Positions 19,007 to 28,157 of a stretch of 64,000 bases of DNA are shown in pieces. The stretch's first letter is position 1, and each line of letters opens with the position of its first letter. Made by a program: the position numbers and the translations under genes. The notes below the pieces were generated by a model that saw only the letters and a list, made by a program, of their open reading frames with translations, made no database searches and had not been told where the DNA came from. The stretch is from Alphaproteobacteria bacterium (GTDB taxonomy: Bacteria > Pseudomonadota > Alphaproteobacteria > UBA828): positions 1,376,001 to 1,440,000 of the forward strand of contig CBDEFM010000002.1 in assembly GCA_965237415.1 (NCBI GenBank), read 5' to 3'.

Positions 19007-19675
19007 ACGGCCTTTTTCCGCCGCTCCCGCGAAGGCCCGGCGGGCGCCCCTGCCCGCCTGCTGGTCGGCCTCGGCAACCCCGGCGCCGATGCAGCCCGGC
19101 ATCGGCACAATGTCGGGTTCATGGCCCTCGATGCGTTGGCATCGGCGCATGGCTTCGGTGCGTTCAAGCGGCGCACGCGCTTCCACGGCGAGATCGCCGA
19201 GGGCCGCGTGGGCGACGAGGCGGTGCTCGCGCTCAAGCCGCAAACTTACATGAACGAATCGGGCCGCGCCGTCGGCGCCGCCATGCGCTTCCACCGCCTT
19301 GCGCCGGAATCCGTTATCGTCCTGCATGACGAAGTCGATCTCGCCGCCGGCAAGGTGCGCGCAAAATGCGGCGGCGGGGTCGCCGGCCACAACGGGCTGA
19401 GGAGCATCCGCGCCCATATCGGCGTCGATTTCTGGCGGGTGCGGATCGGAATCGGGCATCCCGGCGATCGCGACCGGATGACCGGCCACGTGCTCTCCAG
19501 CTTCGGTACGTCGGACCGGGCCTGGCTGACCTCGACCCTCGACGCCATCGTCGACGCCTTCCCGCTGATCATGGCCGGCGACGCCAGCGCCTTCATGAGC
19601 CGGGTTGCGCTCCTCGCCCCGCCGCCCGGAACGGAGCGGGCGCAGGCAGGCGGCGGGCAACCGCAAGAGCGGTAG
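19007..19675 (+). CDS. pth: Peptidyl-tRNA hydrolase (no ATG/GTG/TTG start; probable ACG or CTG start)
   Basis: LLVGLGNPG, RHNVGF, KPQTYMNESG, HDEVDL, GHNGLRSI, RVRIGIGHP. Confidence 0.93.
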   Translation, partial: TAFFRRSREGPAGAPARLLVGLGNPGADAARHRHNVGFMALDALASAHGFGAFKRRTRFHGEIAEGRVGDEAVLALKPQTYMNESGRAVGAAMRFHRLAPESVIVLHDEVDLAAGKVRAKCGGGVAGHNGLRSIRAHIGVDFWRVRIGIGHPGDRDRMTGHVLSSFGTSDRAWLTSTLDAIVDAFPLIMAGDASAFMSRVALLAPPPGTERAQAGGGQPQER

Positions 19676-19676
19676 G

Positions 19677-20780
19677 ATGGGCTTCAGGTGCGGCATCGTG
19701 GGCCTGCCCAATGTGGGCAAGTCCACGCTGTTCAACGCGCTGGTCGCAAGCGGCGCGGCCGAGGTCGGCAACTACCCCTTCTGCACCGTCGAGCCCAACG
19801 TCGGGCGCGCGCCGGTGCCGGACGCAGCGCTCGGGGAGGTCGCGCGCCTCGCCGGCTCGCGCAAGGTCGTGCCGAGCGTGCTGGACGTGGTGGACATCGC
19901 CGGCCTCGTCGCCGGTGCCAGCAAGGGCGAAGGGCTCGGCAACCGCTTCCTGGGCCACGTGCGCGAGGCCGATGCGCTGCTCCACCTGGTCCGCTGTTTC
20001 GAGGACGATCAGGTCGCGCACGGCTCCGGCGCGGTCGAACCCCTGCGCGACATCGAGCTTATCGAGACCGAGCTCATGCTGGCCGACCTCGAAAGTCTGG
20101 AGCGCCAGCGCGAGGGAGCGGTCAAACGTGCCCGCGGTGGGGACGGCGAAGCGAAGGAGCGTCTCGCGGCGATCGAGCCCGCGCTCGCCCTTCTCGAGAG
20201 CGGCCGCCCCGCGCGTCTGTTGGATCTGCCCGACCCGAAGGCCGGGAGCGGCCTCGCGGCGCTCAACCTGCTCAGCGCGAAGCCGGTGCTCTATGTCGGC
20301 AACGTCGATGAAGCGAGCGCGGCGACGGGCAACGAGATGAGCCGGGCCGTCGCCGCCCATGCCACAGCGGCAGGCGCCGAGCAGGTCGTGATCTCGGCTG
20401 CGATCGAGGCGGAGATCGCGCTGCTCGATGAGCCGGCGGAGAAGACCGAATTCCTCGAAACGCTCGGGCTTGAGGCGCCCGGCCTCGCCCGCGTGATCCA
20501 CGCCGGCCATCGCCTCCTCGGCCTGATCCGCTTCCTCACGGCCACCGAGACCGAAGCGCGCGCCTGGCCCATTCGCGCGGGCAGCACGGCGGTCGAGGCA
20601 GCCGGGCGCATCCACACCGATTTTGCGCGCGGTTTCATCTGCGCGGAGACCATCGCGGCGGACGAGCTGATCGCGCTGGGCGGCGAGCAGGCCGCCCGCA
20701 GCGCTGGCCGCATGCGTCAGGAGGGTCGCTCCTACGTCGTCCAGGACGGCGATGTCATGCTGTTCCGCTTCAATGTGTAG
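19677..20780 (+). CDS. ychF: Obg-family ATPase YchF
   Basis: GIVGLPNVGKSTLFNAL, NYPFCTVEPN, DIAGLV, GEGLGNRFL, IHTDFARGFI, FRFNV. Confidence 0.97.
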   Translation: MGFRCGIVGLPNVGKSTLFNALVASGAAEVGNYPFCTVEPNVGRAPVPDAALGEVARLAGSRKVVPSVLDVVDIAGLVAGASKGEGLGNRFLGHVREADALLHLVRCFEDDQVAHGSGAVEPLRDIELIETELMLADLESLERQREGAVKRARGGDGEAKERLAAIEPALALLESGRPARLLDLPDPKAGSGLAALNLLSAKPVLYVGNVDEASAATGNEMSRAVAAHATAAGAEQVVISAAIEAEIALLDEPAEKTEFLETLGLEAPGLARVIHAGHRLLGLIRFLTATETEARAWPIRAGSTAVEAAGRIHTDFARGFICAETIAADELIALGGEQAARSAGRMRQEGRSYVVQDGDVMLFRFNV

Positions 20781-20886
20781 CGTGGCAATGAGCGGCTACG
20801 AGTAGCGCCGCTATGCCCCTTCTGCTATGTGAAGTTCCGGCGCGTGGATAGGCGCCAGACAACGGAGTATCAGGGAGGCTTCCACG

Positions 20887-21555
20887 ATGGGCGCAGCTGT
20901 CCGGCTGACCGCGGACGATGGTCACGTTCTCAACGCATATCGCGCTGCGCCCGATGGCGAGCCGCGCGCGGGCCTCGTGCTCGTGCAGGAGATTTTCGGG
21001 GTCAACGACCACGTCAGAAGCGTGTGCGACGACTACGCGGCCCAGGGCTACCTCGTGCTGGCGCCCTGCCTGTTCGACCGCAAGGAGCCGGGGATCGAGC
21101 GGGGCTACACCGCCGAGACGGTCGACGAGGGCCGCGGGCTCAAGGCCGATATCGGCTGGGAAGGCCCGGTCATGGACATCAAGGCCGGCGTCGACGCGCT
21201 CGAAGGCGCGCCCAAGGTGGGGGTCGTGGGCTATTGCTGGGGCGGATCGCTCGCCTGGCTTGCCGCTTGCCGTTTGGAGTTCGACGTGGCGGTCGGCTAT
21301 TACGGCGGCCAGATCGTCGAGTTCGTCGGCGAGACGCCCGACTGCCCGACGATGCTCCACTTCGGCACCGAGGACGCGGGCATCCCGATGGCCGACGTGG
21401 ACGAGATCAAGACCACCCATCCCGACGTCGCGGTCCACGTCTATCAGGGCGCCGGCCACGGCTTCAACTGCGACCACCGCGCCGACTACCACGCGGACGC
21501 CGCCGCACTGGCCCGCGACCGCTCACTCGCGCACCTCGCACGCCATCTCGGCTAG
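20887..21555 (+). CDS. Dienelactone hydrolase family protein
   Basis: QEIFGVN, GYCWGG, HFGTED, GHGFNCD. Confidence 0.92.
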   Translation: MGAAVRLTADDGHVLNAYRAAPDGEPRAGLVLVQEIFGVNDHVRSVCDDYAAQGYLVLAPCLFDRKEPGIERGYTAETVDEGRGLKADIGWEGPVMDIKAGVDALEGAPKVGVVGYCWGGSLAWLAACRLEFDVAVGYYGGQIVEFVGETPDCPTMLHFGTEDAGIPMADVDEIKTTHPDVAVHVYQGAGHGFNCDHRADYHADAAALARDRSLAHLARHLG

Positions 21556-21564
21556 CGAGCGTCT

Positions 21565-22449
<885 letters not shown>

Positions 22450-22476
22450 CTCGGATCTCAACTTAATCACTTCCCT

Positions 22477-22570
22477 CAGGCGCCGGGCGCTCGCTCCGCT
22501 CGCTTGGCTACGCGCCATTCGGCGCGCGGCGCAGTCGCGCCGTCCGGTCTGCTTCGCAGCCCGGTCCCTG
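22477..22570. other. Non-coding multi-hairpin (cloverleaf-like) element
   Basis: Four adjacent hairpins: CCGGGCG/CGCTTGG, CGCGCC-ATTC-GGCGCG, CGGCGC-AGTC-GCGCCG, CCGGTCTGC-TTC-GCAGCCCGG; closed by CAGG/CCTG. Confidence 0.5.
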
Positions 22571-22659
22571 TCATGGTCGTCGTCTTGCCGGTTGCCGACC
22601 GTGTGACCCCGCACCATGGTGCGGTGGAGGGCGGGGGCTCGGCGCGCCAGCATCGCGCC

Positions 22660-23361
22660 ATGCAAAACGAAACCCCAAAGACATCGACAGCCGCGGCGTT
22701 CGGACGCTCCTCCGTCGCGCGGCTGCCGCCAGAGCTGCGCGAGGCCGTCGATGCGGCCATCGCAGACGGCGCCACCATCGACGAGATCACGGCCCGCATC
22801 CGGGCGGAGGGCGGCGCGTGCTCGCGCTCGGCCGTCGGCCGCTACACCAAGAACGTGCGCGACCTGATCCTCCGACAGCAGGAGGCCGACCGCGCCAACG
22901 AGGCGTGGGTGCGTGCGCTCGGCGAGCGCGTGCAAGGCCGCGCGGGGCTCATCCTGATCGAGACCCTGCGGACGCTGACGCTCTCCGCCATGGCCGATCT
23001 CAGCCGGCGCGAGGAGCCCGTGTCGACGGAAGAGCTCGCCCGCCTGGCGCTGGTTCTCAGGCGCATCGAAGGCACCGACAAGCTCCGTCTCGAGCGGGAG
23101 CGGGCGGCGGCGAAGGCAGCCAGGGCCGCGCCCGGCGCGGGCCAGGCGCCGGTCAGGAAGGGCCTCTCGCCCGAGGCCGTCGCCGCCATCCGCGAGGTCG
23201 TCGAGGGGAGGCCCCGCCCGCCCGAGCGCGCCGTCACATCGGCGCCGGTCGACCCGTGGAATCCCGCGGAATCCCACTTATCCCACTTAATCCCACTTAA
23301 TCCCGGACAAGAAAACGGTGCTTTGTCCGGGACGGACGGCGGAAGCGGATCGCGACGGTGA
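22660..23361 (+). CDS. Phage Mu Gp27/DUF3486-like protein (small terminase-like), solitary
   Basis: GRSSVARLPPELREAVD...SRSAVGRY N-terminal HTH pattern and C-terminal KGLSPEAVAAIRE, both typical of the family. Confidence 0.75.
   Translation: MQNETPKTSTAAAFGRSSVARLPPELREAVDAAIADGATIDEITARIRAEGGACSRSAVGRYTKNVRDLILRQQEADRANEAWVRALGERVQGRAGLILIETLRTLTLSAMADLSRREEPVSTEELARLALVLRRIEGTDKLRLERERAAAKAARAAPGAGQAPVRKGLSPEAVAAIREVVEGRPRPPERAVTSAPVDPWNPAESHLSHLIPLNPGQENGALSGTDGGSGSRR
23259..23332. repeat. Phased ~10-bp tandem repeats (ATCCCACTTA) plus 10-bp inverted repeat
   Basis: ATCCC at 23261, 23271, 23280, 23290, 23300; TCCCGGACAA-12nt-TTGTCCGGGA. Confidence 0.8.
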
Positions 23362-23446
23362 TGGGATATGGGGGCTCACGCCAGATTGCGACGGTTCTAC
23401 GCTCTTGCCCCCGTGAGTGTTCTCTTGCACCTCAAGTTTCTCACTC

Positions 23447-23536
23447 CGTCATGCCCGGACTTGATCCGGGCATCCAGTCGCTTTGAGCCAGACCTGGGTG
23501 CCCTCGTGGATGGCCGGGACAAGCCCGGCCATGACG
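23447..23536. repeat. CGTC-type REP dimer, copy B
   Basis: CGTCATGCCCGGACTTGATCCGGGCATCCA...TGGATGGCCGGGACAAGCCCGGCCATGACG. Confidence 0.85.
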
Positions 23537-23581
23537 CGACGTGGGAACACGCAGTCAGATACGAACTCCGGCAACACGGGG

Positions 23582-23992
23582 CTAGCGGCTCTGTTCGACC
23601 TCGACGCCGACGCCTGCGGTATCCGGGAAGAGGTCGAGCTTCTCGACCCGCACCCACACGCCCTGCACGCGCTGGTTGGCAAGGCAGAGCTCGACGATGC
23701 GGTCGGCCAACGTCTCCACCAGATTGATGTGGCCGGATCGGGCGATGGCACGAATGCCGTCGACGATGGCCTCGTACGAGACGACGTTGGCGATGCTGTC
23801 CTCGATCGGCTGCTCGTCGTCAGCGACTTGCACGCGGACGTTGATCCGCACCCGTTGCGTGGCGTGGTGCTCGTGCTCGTGAACGCCGATCGAGCAGGGC
23901 AGGACCAGATCGTGGATCAGCAGGCAGCGCCGCCCCACCCCGGCCTGCGCCGCCGCGCCGGAGCTATCCGGCGCTGGGGCTCTGGTGGTCAT
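23582..23992 (-). CDS. folB: Dihydroneopterin aldolase
   Basis: IGVHEHE...QRVRINV, VVSYE, HINLVETLADRI, VRVEKLD, GVGVEVE. Confidence 0.88.
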   Translation of the reverse strand: MTTRAPAPDSSGAAAQAGVGRRCLLIHDLVLPCSIGVHEHEHHATQRVRINVRVQVADDEQPIEDSIANVVSYEAIVDGIRAIARSGHINLVETLADRIVELCLANQRVQGVWVRVEKLDLFPDTAGVGVEVEQSR

Positions 23993-24762
23993 TCCAGGAT
24001 CCGTTCGCCCTGCGGCATCGCCCAGCCGAGATGCTGACCGCTGTCCAGGGCGATCATCTGCCCGGTGAGCGCGCGCGCCGCAAGGATGAAGCGTATGCCG
24101 TCGGCGATGTCGGCGGGCGCCACGCCGCGCTTCAACGGCGTGGCTTCGCATTGCGCGGCGAAGTGCTCGGGGCTCTGGCGGGAGCTCGGCAGGGTCGGGC
24201 CGGGGCCGATGCCGTTGACCCGGATGCGGGGCGCAAGCGCGAGCGCCGCCGTTTGCGTGAGAGTCCAGAGCCCCGACTTGCTGAGCGTGTAAGACATGAA
24301 GTGCGGCGTGAGGCTCCAGACGCGCTGGTCGAGCATGTTGACGATGCAGCCCTCCGCCTCCCCCGGCAATACCGCCGCGAACCTCTGCATCAGCACGAAC
24401 GGCGCACGCAGGTTGACCGCCATGTGGCGATCCCAGCTCGCGCGGTCCGCGCTTTGCAGGTCGTCGTAGTCGAAGGGGGAGGCGTTGTTGACGAGGCAGC
24501 CGAGGGGCCCGAGGGCATCCGTCGCGCGCGCCACCAGGGTCTCCACCTCGGCCTCCTCGGCGAGATCGGCCCTGAGTGCCACGGCGCGGCCGCCGGCGCT
24601 CTCGATGCCGGCGACGACGTCCCCCGCGGCGTCCCCCGACTCGCGATGATGCACCGCGACCGCCCAGCCGTCGTGCACCAGCGCCTCGGCGATGGTGCGG
24701 CCGATTCGCGTCGCGGCGCCGGTGACCAGAGCCGCCCGCGGCATTGCGCCCGTTGTCTGCAT
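23989..24762 (-). CDS. SDR oxidoreductase, pteridine reductase/FolM-like
   Basis: TGAATRIG, LVNNAS, NMLDQRV, YTLSK, RVNGIGPG; coupled to folB. Confidence 0.85.
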   Translation of the reverse strand: MQTTGAMPRAALVTGAATRIGRTIAEALVHDGWAVAVHHRESGDAAGDVVAGIESAGGRAVALRADLAEEAEVETLVARATDALGPLGCLVNNASPFDYDDLQSADRASWDRHMAVNLRAPFVLMQRFAAVLPGEAEGCIVNMLDQRVWSLTPHFMSYTLSKSGLWTLTQTAALALAPRIRVNGIGPGPTLPSSRQSPEHFAAQCEATPLKRGVAPADIADGIRFILAARALTGQMIALDSGQHLGWAMPQGERILE

Positions 24763-24803
24763 AGCGCCTGATCGTGTGTCCGATGCAGCCATCGATGACC
24801 GGG

Positions 24804-25265
24804 CTAGCTGCCCGCCTCCTGCCGCCTTTCTTCCTGTTCGTAGAAGCGGAAGACCATGTCCGTCAGAGTGACGAAGCCCACCGCCTCGTTCCCGTCGACC
24901 ACCACGCCGCGCGACAGGCCGAATCGGCCGAGGAGCCGGATCGCGTACTTGATCTCCATGTCTGCGTTCACGGTGAGCACCGGCTTCGACATGATCTCAT
25001 AGACGTTCACGCGGTCGGGCGAGCGGTTGTGCGCGATCACCTTGTTGGCGATGTCGGAGTCCACGACGATGCCGTACTCGTCGCCGGGCCGCCGGCGCTC
25101 GACCACGAGGGAGCGCACCTGGTTCTCGCGCATCCGCTCGAGGGCCTCGTGAACCGTGGCCATGCCGTCGATCGGCGCCGGCATGGGCGACATCACGGCG
25201 CGCACCGTATTGAACCGAGTGTCCCTGCTCGGGGCCGCCATGCCCGTGCTCGCCTTCATGCTCAT
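24804..25265 (-). CDS. CBS-domain protein
   Basis: Tandem CBS pair: DEYGIVVDSDIANKVIA, NVYEIMSKPV. Confidence 0.85.
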   Translation of the reverse strand: MSMKASTGMAAPSRDTRFNTVRAVMSPMPAPIDGMATVHEALERMRENQVRSLVVERRRPGDEYGIVVDSDIANKVIAHNRSPDRVNVYEIMSKPVLTVNADMEIKYAIRLLGRFGLSRGVVVDGNEAVGFVTLTDMVFRFYEQEERRQEAGS

Positions 25266-25612
25266 ATCTGGTCCTCGATTTCGTGCTTGATCTCCGGAAT
25301 TTGGCTGGAGAGGCCGATGGCGTCCTCGATTGCGATCTGGAAGGCGATCCCCGTCCCCGACTTTTCCTCGAAGGCCCCTTCCGTTGCGATCTCCTCGAGG
25401 ACGGCACGGCTCATATGCTCTTCGACGAGGAACATCACAATGTCCCGCTGGCCGCTCAGCCTCAAGCCGAGAAAGGTCTTCTCCGGCTCCAGCCCCTCGC
25501 CGCGGCATCCCGTGATGATGGTAGCCCCGGTCGCACCGCTGCGGCGACCGGCGTCGAGGACGGCTTCCGTCTCGCCTGCATCCACGAGCGCCATGATGAG
25601 CTTGAAACGCAT
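25262..25612 (-). CDS. PII-like signal transduction protein
   Basis: SGATGATII...RGEG, KTFLGL, GTGIAFQ...DAIG. Confidence 0.85.
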   Translation of the reverse strand: MRFKLIMALVDAGETEAVLDAGRRSGATGATIITGCRGEGLEPEKTFLGLRLSGQRDIVMFLVEEHMSRAVLEEIATEGAFEEKSGTGIAFQIAIEDAIGLSSQIPEIKHEIEDQI

Positions 25613-25615
25613 TGT

Positions 25616-26401
25616 CTAAGCTCCTTTCCCGGATGATCGGCGCTTGCGCGCGGCTTGGAGCGCCGATGAGAGCTGGGCATAACCCAGCACCGCGATGACG
25701 GCAAAGACGCAGGCAAACGCGATGAGGCCGAAGCCGTCGAGCATCGGGCTGCGGCCGGGCACGTTGGCGGCAAGGCCGAGGCCGAGTGCTGCGACCAGCG
25801 GCACGGTCACGGTCGACGACGTGACGCCGCCGGAATCGTAGGCGAGCGCGATGATGCTGCGTGAGGCGAAGATCGTCAGCACGATGACGATCGCGTAGGC
25901 GGACATGAACAGATAGTGGAGCGGCAGCCCGGTGACGATGCGGACGGCCCCGAGCCCGACGCCGACCGCGACGCCGATGGCGACCGCGATGCGCAGGCCC
26001 CAGGGCCTGATCGTCCCGCCCGAGACGGCGGCGGCCTTGTGGGCGACGGCCATGAGCGAGGGCTCCGCGATGGTCGTGCCGAAGCCGATGGCGGCCGCAA
26101 ACGCGTAGATCCAGCCATAGTCGAGCCAGTGCGCGGAGGCACCCGCCGCGAGGCCGAGGAAGGCCGGGTCCGTCAGCTGCGCCGCCATCGTCTTGCCGAG
26201 AGGGAAGAGCGCCTCCTCCAGCCCGATGAGGAAGAGCACGAGCCCGATCACGACATAGAGGAAGCCGACGGTGATCCGACCGAGATTCGCCGGGCGCCGG
26301 CGCAAGACGACGATCTGGAAGAAGAGCACGAGGCCGATCAGCGGTGCGACGTCCAGCACCGTATCCATGCCGGCCGACAATATGAGGGCAATCAGCTCCA
26401 A
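25616..26401 (-). CDS. DUF1538 membrane protein
   Basis: [43 protein letters not shown]. Confidence 0.85.
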   Translation of the reverse strand: MELIALILSAGMDTVLDVAPLIGLVLFFQIVVLRRRPANLGRITVGFLYVVIGLVLFLIGLEEALFPLGKTMAAQLTDPAFLGLAAGASAHWLDYGWIYAFAAAIGFGTTIAEPSLMAVAHKAAAVSGGTIRPWGLRIAVAIGVAVGVGLGAVRIVTGLPLHYLFMSAYAIVIVLTIFASRSIIALAYDSGGVTSSTVTVPLVAALGLGLAANVPGRSPMLDGFGLIAFACVFAVIAVLGYAQLSSALQAARKRRSSGKGA

Positions 26402-26412
26402 TGCGCCGCCCT

Positions 26413-27225
26413 TTAGAACACCATGCCGAAGACGAGCACGAAGATGATGGGCGTGAGGCTCGCGTAGGCGATGAGGCCGAAGCCGTCGATCAGCGGGTTG
26501 CGCCCCCGGATCGCCGTGGCGAGGCCGACGCCAAGCGCCGTCACCATCGGCACGGTGATGGTGGACGTCGTAACCCCGCCGGAATCGTAGGCGATGCCGA
26601 CGATCTCGTCCGGCGCGAGGAAGGTGAGGCCCACCGCGACGACGTAGCCGCCGATGATCCAGTAGTGGAGCGGCCAGCCCTTGATGATGCGGAGCACGCC
26701 GAGCGTGATGCCGACGCCGACCGAGAGCGCGACCGTGTAGCGCAGCCCGAGCGCATAGGCATCCATGGCGTCGGGGTCGGCGGCGACGACGCCGGCGTCG
26801 GCGGCGACCCGGGCGGCCTCCGCCGTGACGGCGATCAGCGCGGGCTCCGCGACGGTAGTCCCGAAGCCGAGCGCGAAGGCGAAGATGAGAAGCCAGATCA
26901 GGCTGCCCTTGTGCGCAAACCCCTGGGCCAGGCCCTCGCCCAGCGGGAAGAGGCCCATCTCCAGCCCCTTGATGAAGAGCGCGAGCCCCAGCATCACGAG
27001 CACGAGCCCGCCGATCATACCGCCGAGATCGGGAAACGGTTGGCGCAGGATGGCAACCTGAAAGACGGCAACCACGACGACGATCGGGGCGAGATCGCGA
27101 AGCGTGCCGAGCACGAGGCCGGCAATGGAGAGAAGGCCCGCCGCCGTCCGATTCTTCTTCAGACGGGCAAGTACGCGCCGCGCTTGACGACCGGGCTTGG
27201 TGTCGGCGTCGGCGGGCGCATTCAT
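26413..27225 (-). CDS. DUF1538 membrane protein (paralog)
   Basis: [43 protein letters not shown]. Confidence 0.85.
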   Translation of the reverse strand: MNAPADADTKPGRQARRVLARLKKNRTAAGLLSIAGLVLGTLRDLAPIVVVVAVFQVAILRQPFPDLGGMIGGLVLVMLGLALFIKGLEMGLFPLGEGLAQGFAHKGSLIWLLIFAFALGFGTTVAEPALIAVTAEAARVAADAGVVAADPDAMDAYALGLRYTVALSVGVGITLGVLRIIKGWPLHYWIIGGYVVAVGLTFLAPDEIVGIAYDSGGVTTSTITVPMVTALGVGLATAIRGRNPLIDGFGLIAYASLTPIIFVLVFGMVF

Positions 27226-27422
27226 AGCGACTCGGGCTCCGATTCCTTCCTCATATAACTACATGGTCTCAGCACGAAAAATCACCAGGCCCACGCAGGA
27301 GCGGACAAGGTCGCGGGCGACGGAATCGAGATTGCAGCGTATTCCTGCTACGGTTGAATGACGGTGCTCGTCGCGCCGGCAGAATCTATTGGCCGATAAT
27401 CGACGGAACGGCGGGGGAGACC

Positions 27423-28157
27423 ATGAGGATCGACATCAACTGCGACATGGGCGAGGCCTACAGCATCTATACCTGCGGCGACGACGCGGCGATCATGCCC
27501 TACATCACCTCGGCCAACGTCGCCTGCGGTTTTCATGCCTCGGACCCGGGGGTCATGCATGCCACCGTCGTGCTCGCCAAGGAGCACGGCGTGAAGGTGG
27601 GGGCTCATCCGTCGTTCCCCGATCGCGACGGCTTCGGCCGGCGCTACATGAAGATGGACCGCAAGGAGCTGCGCGACGCCATCATCTATCAGTGCGGCGC
27701 GCTGAAGGGCTTTCTCGATATGGAGGGGATGACCCTCAACCACCTGAAGCCGCACGGTGCGCTCTACGGCGCCGCCTGGATCGACGAAGACGTGGCAACC
27801 GCCTGCGCCGAGGCGGCACAGGTCTTCGGCGTGCCCATGTACGGCACGACCGGCACCATGCACGAGACGATCTGGCCCAACTACACCGATGTCGTGTGGG
27901 AAATCTTCGCCGACCTGGACTATGACGACGAGGGCCGCTGCATCATCACCCGCGAGCACAAGTCGGTGGCGCCCGAACAGGCGGTCGAGCAGATCATGCG
28001 CGTGGTCAACGACGGCGTGATCCGCTCGGTCAACGGCAAGGACGTGCCGACGAAGGCGGAGACGATCTGCGTTCACTCGGACACGCCGAGCGCGGTCGCC
28101 GTCGCCAAGGCTGTGCGCCAGGCGGTCGACCCCTACATCGAACGGAACGGAGGATGA
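27423..28157 (+). CDS. pxpA: LamB/YcsF family protein, 5-oxoprolinase subunit A-like
   Basis: DINCDMGE, SANVACGFHA, GAHPSFPD, GFGRR, HLKPHGALY, TICVHSDTP. Confidence 0.85.
   Translation: MRIDINCDMGEAYSIYTCGDDAAIMPYITSANVACGFHASDPGVMHATVVLAKEHGVKVGAHPSFPDRDGFGRRYMKMDRKELRDAIIYQCGALKGFLDMEGMTLNHLKPHGALYGAAWIDEDVATACAEAAQVFGVPMYGTTGTMHETIWPNYTDVVWEIFADLDYDDEGRCIITREHKSVAPEQAVEQIMRVVNDGVIRSVNGKDVPTKAETICVHSDTPSAVAVAKAVRQAVDPYIERNGG

Noticed and set aside
22477-22570. Cloverleaf as a tRNA
   Set aside because: No T-loop GTTCRA, D-loop or CCA features; kept only as an unclassified structure.
23278-23300. TTAA-N6-TTAA as a CtrA box, or the array as CRISPR
   Set aside because: CtrA needs N7 spacing; there are no spacers or cas genes and the unit is only ~10 bp.
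27222-27254. 10-codon upstream ORF ([10 protein letters not shown]) overlapping the DUF1538 start
   Set aside because: Too short, with no informative codons or attenuator; cannot be told from chance.
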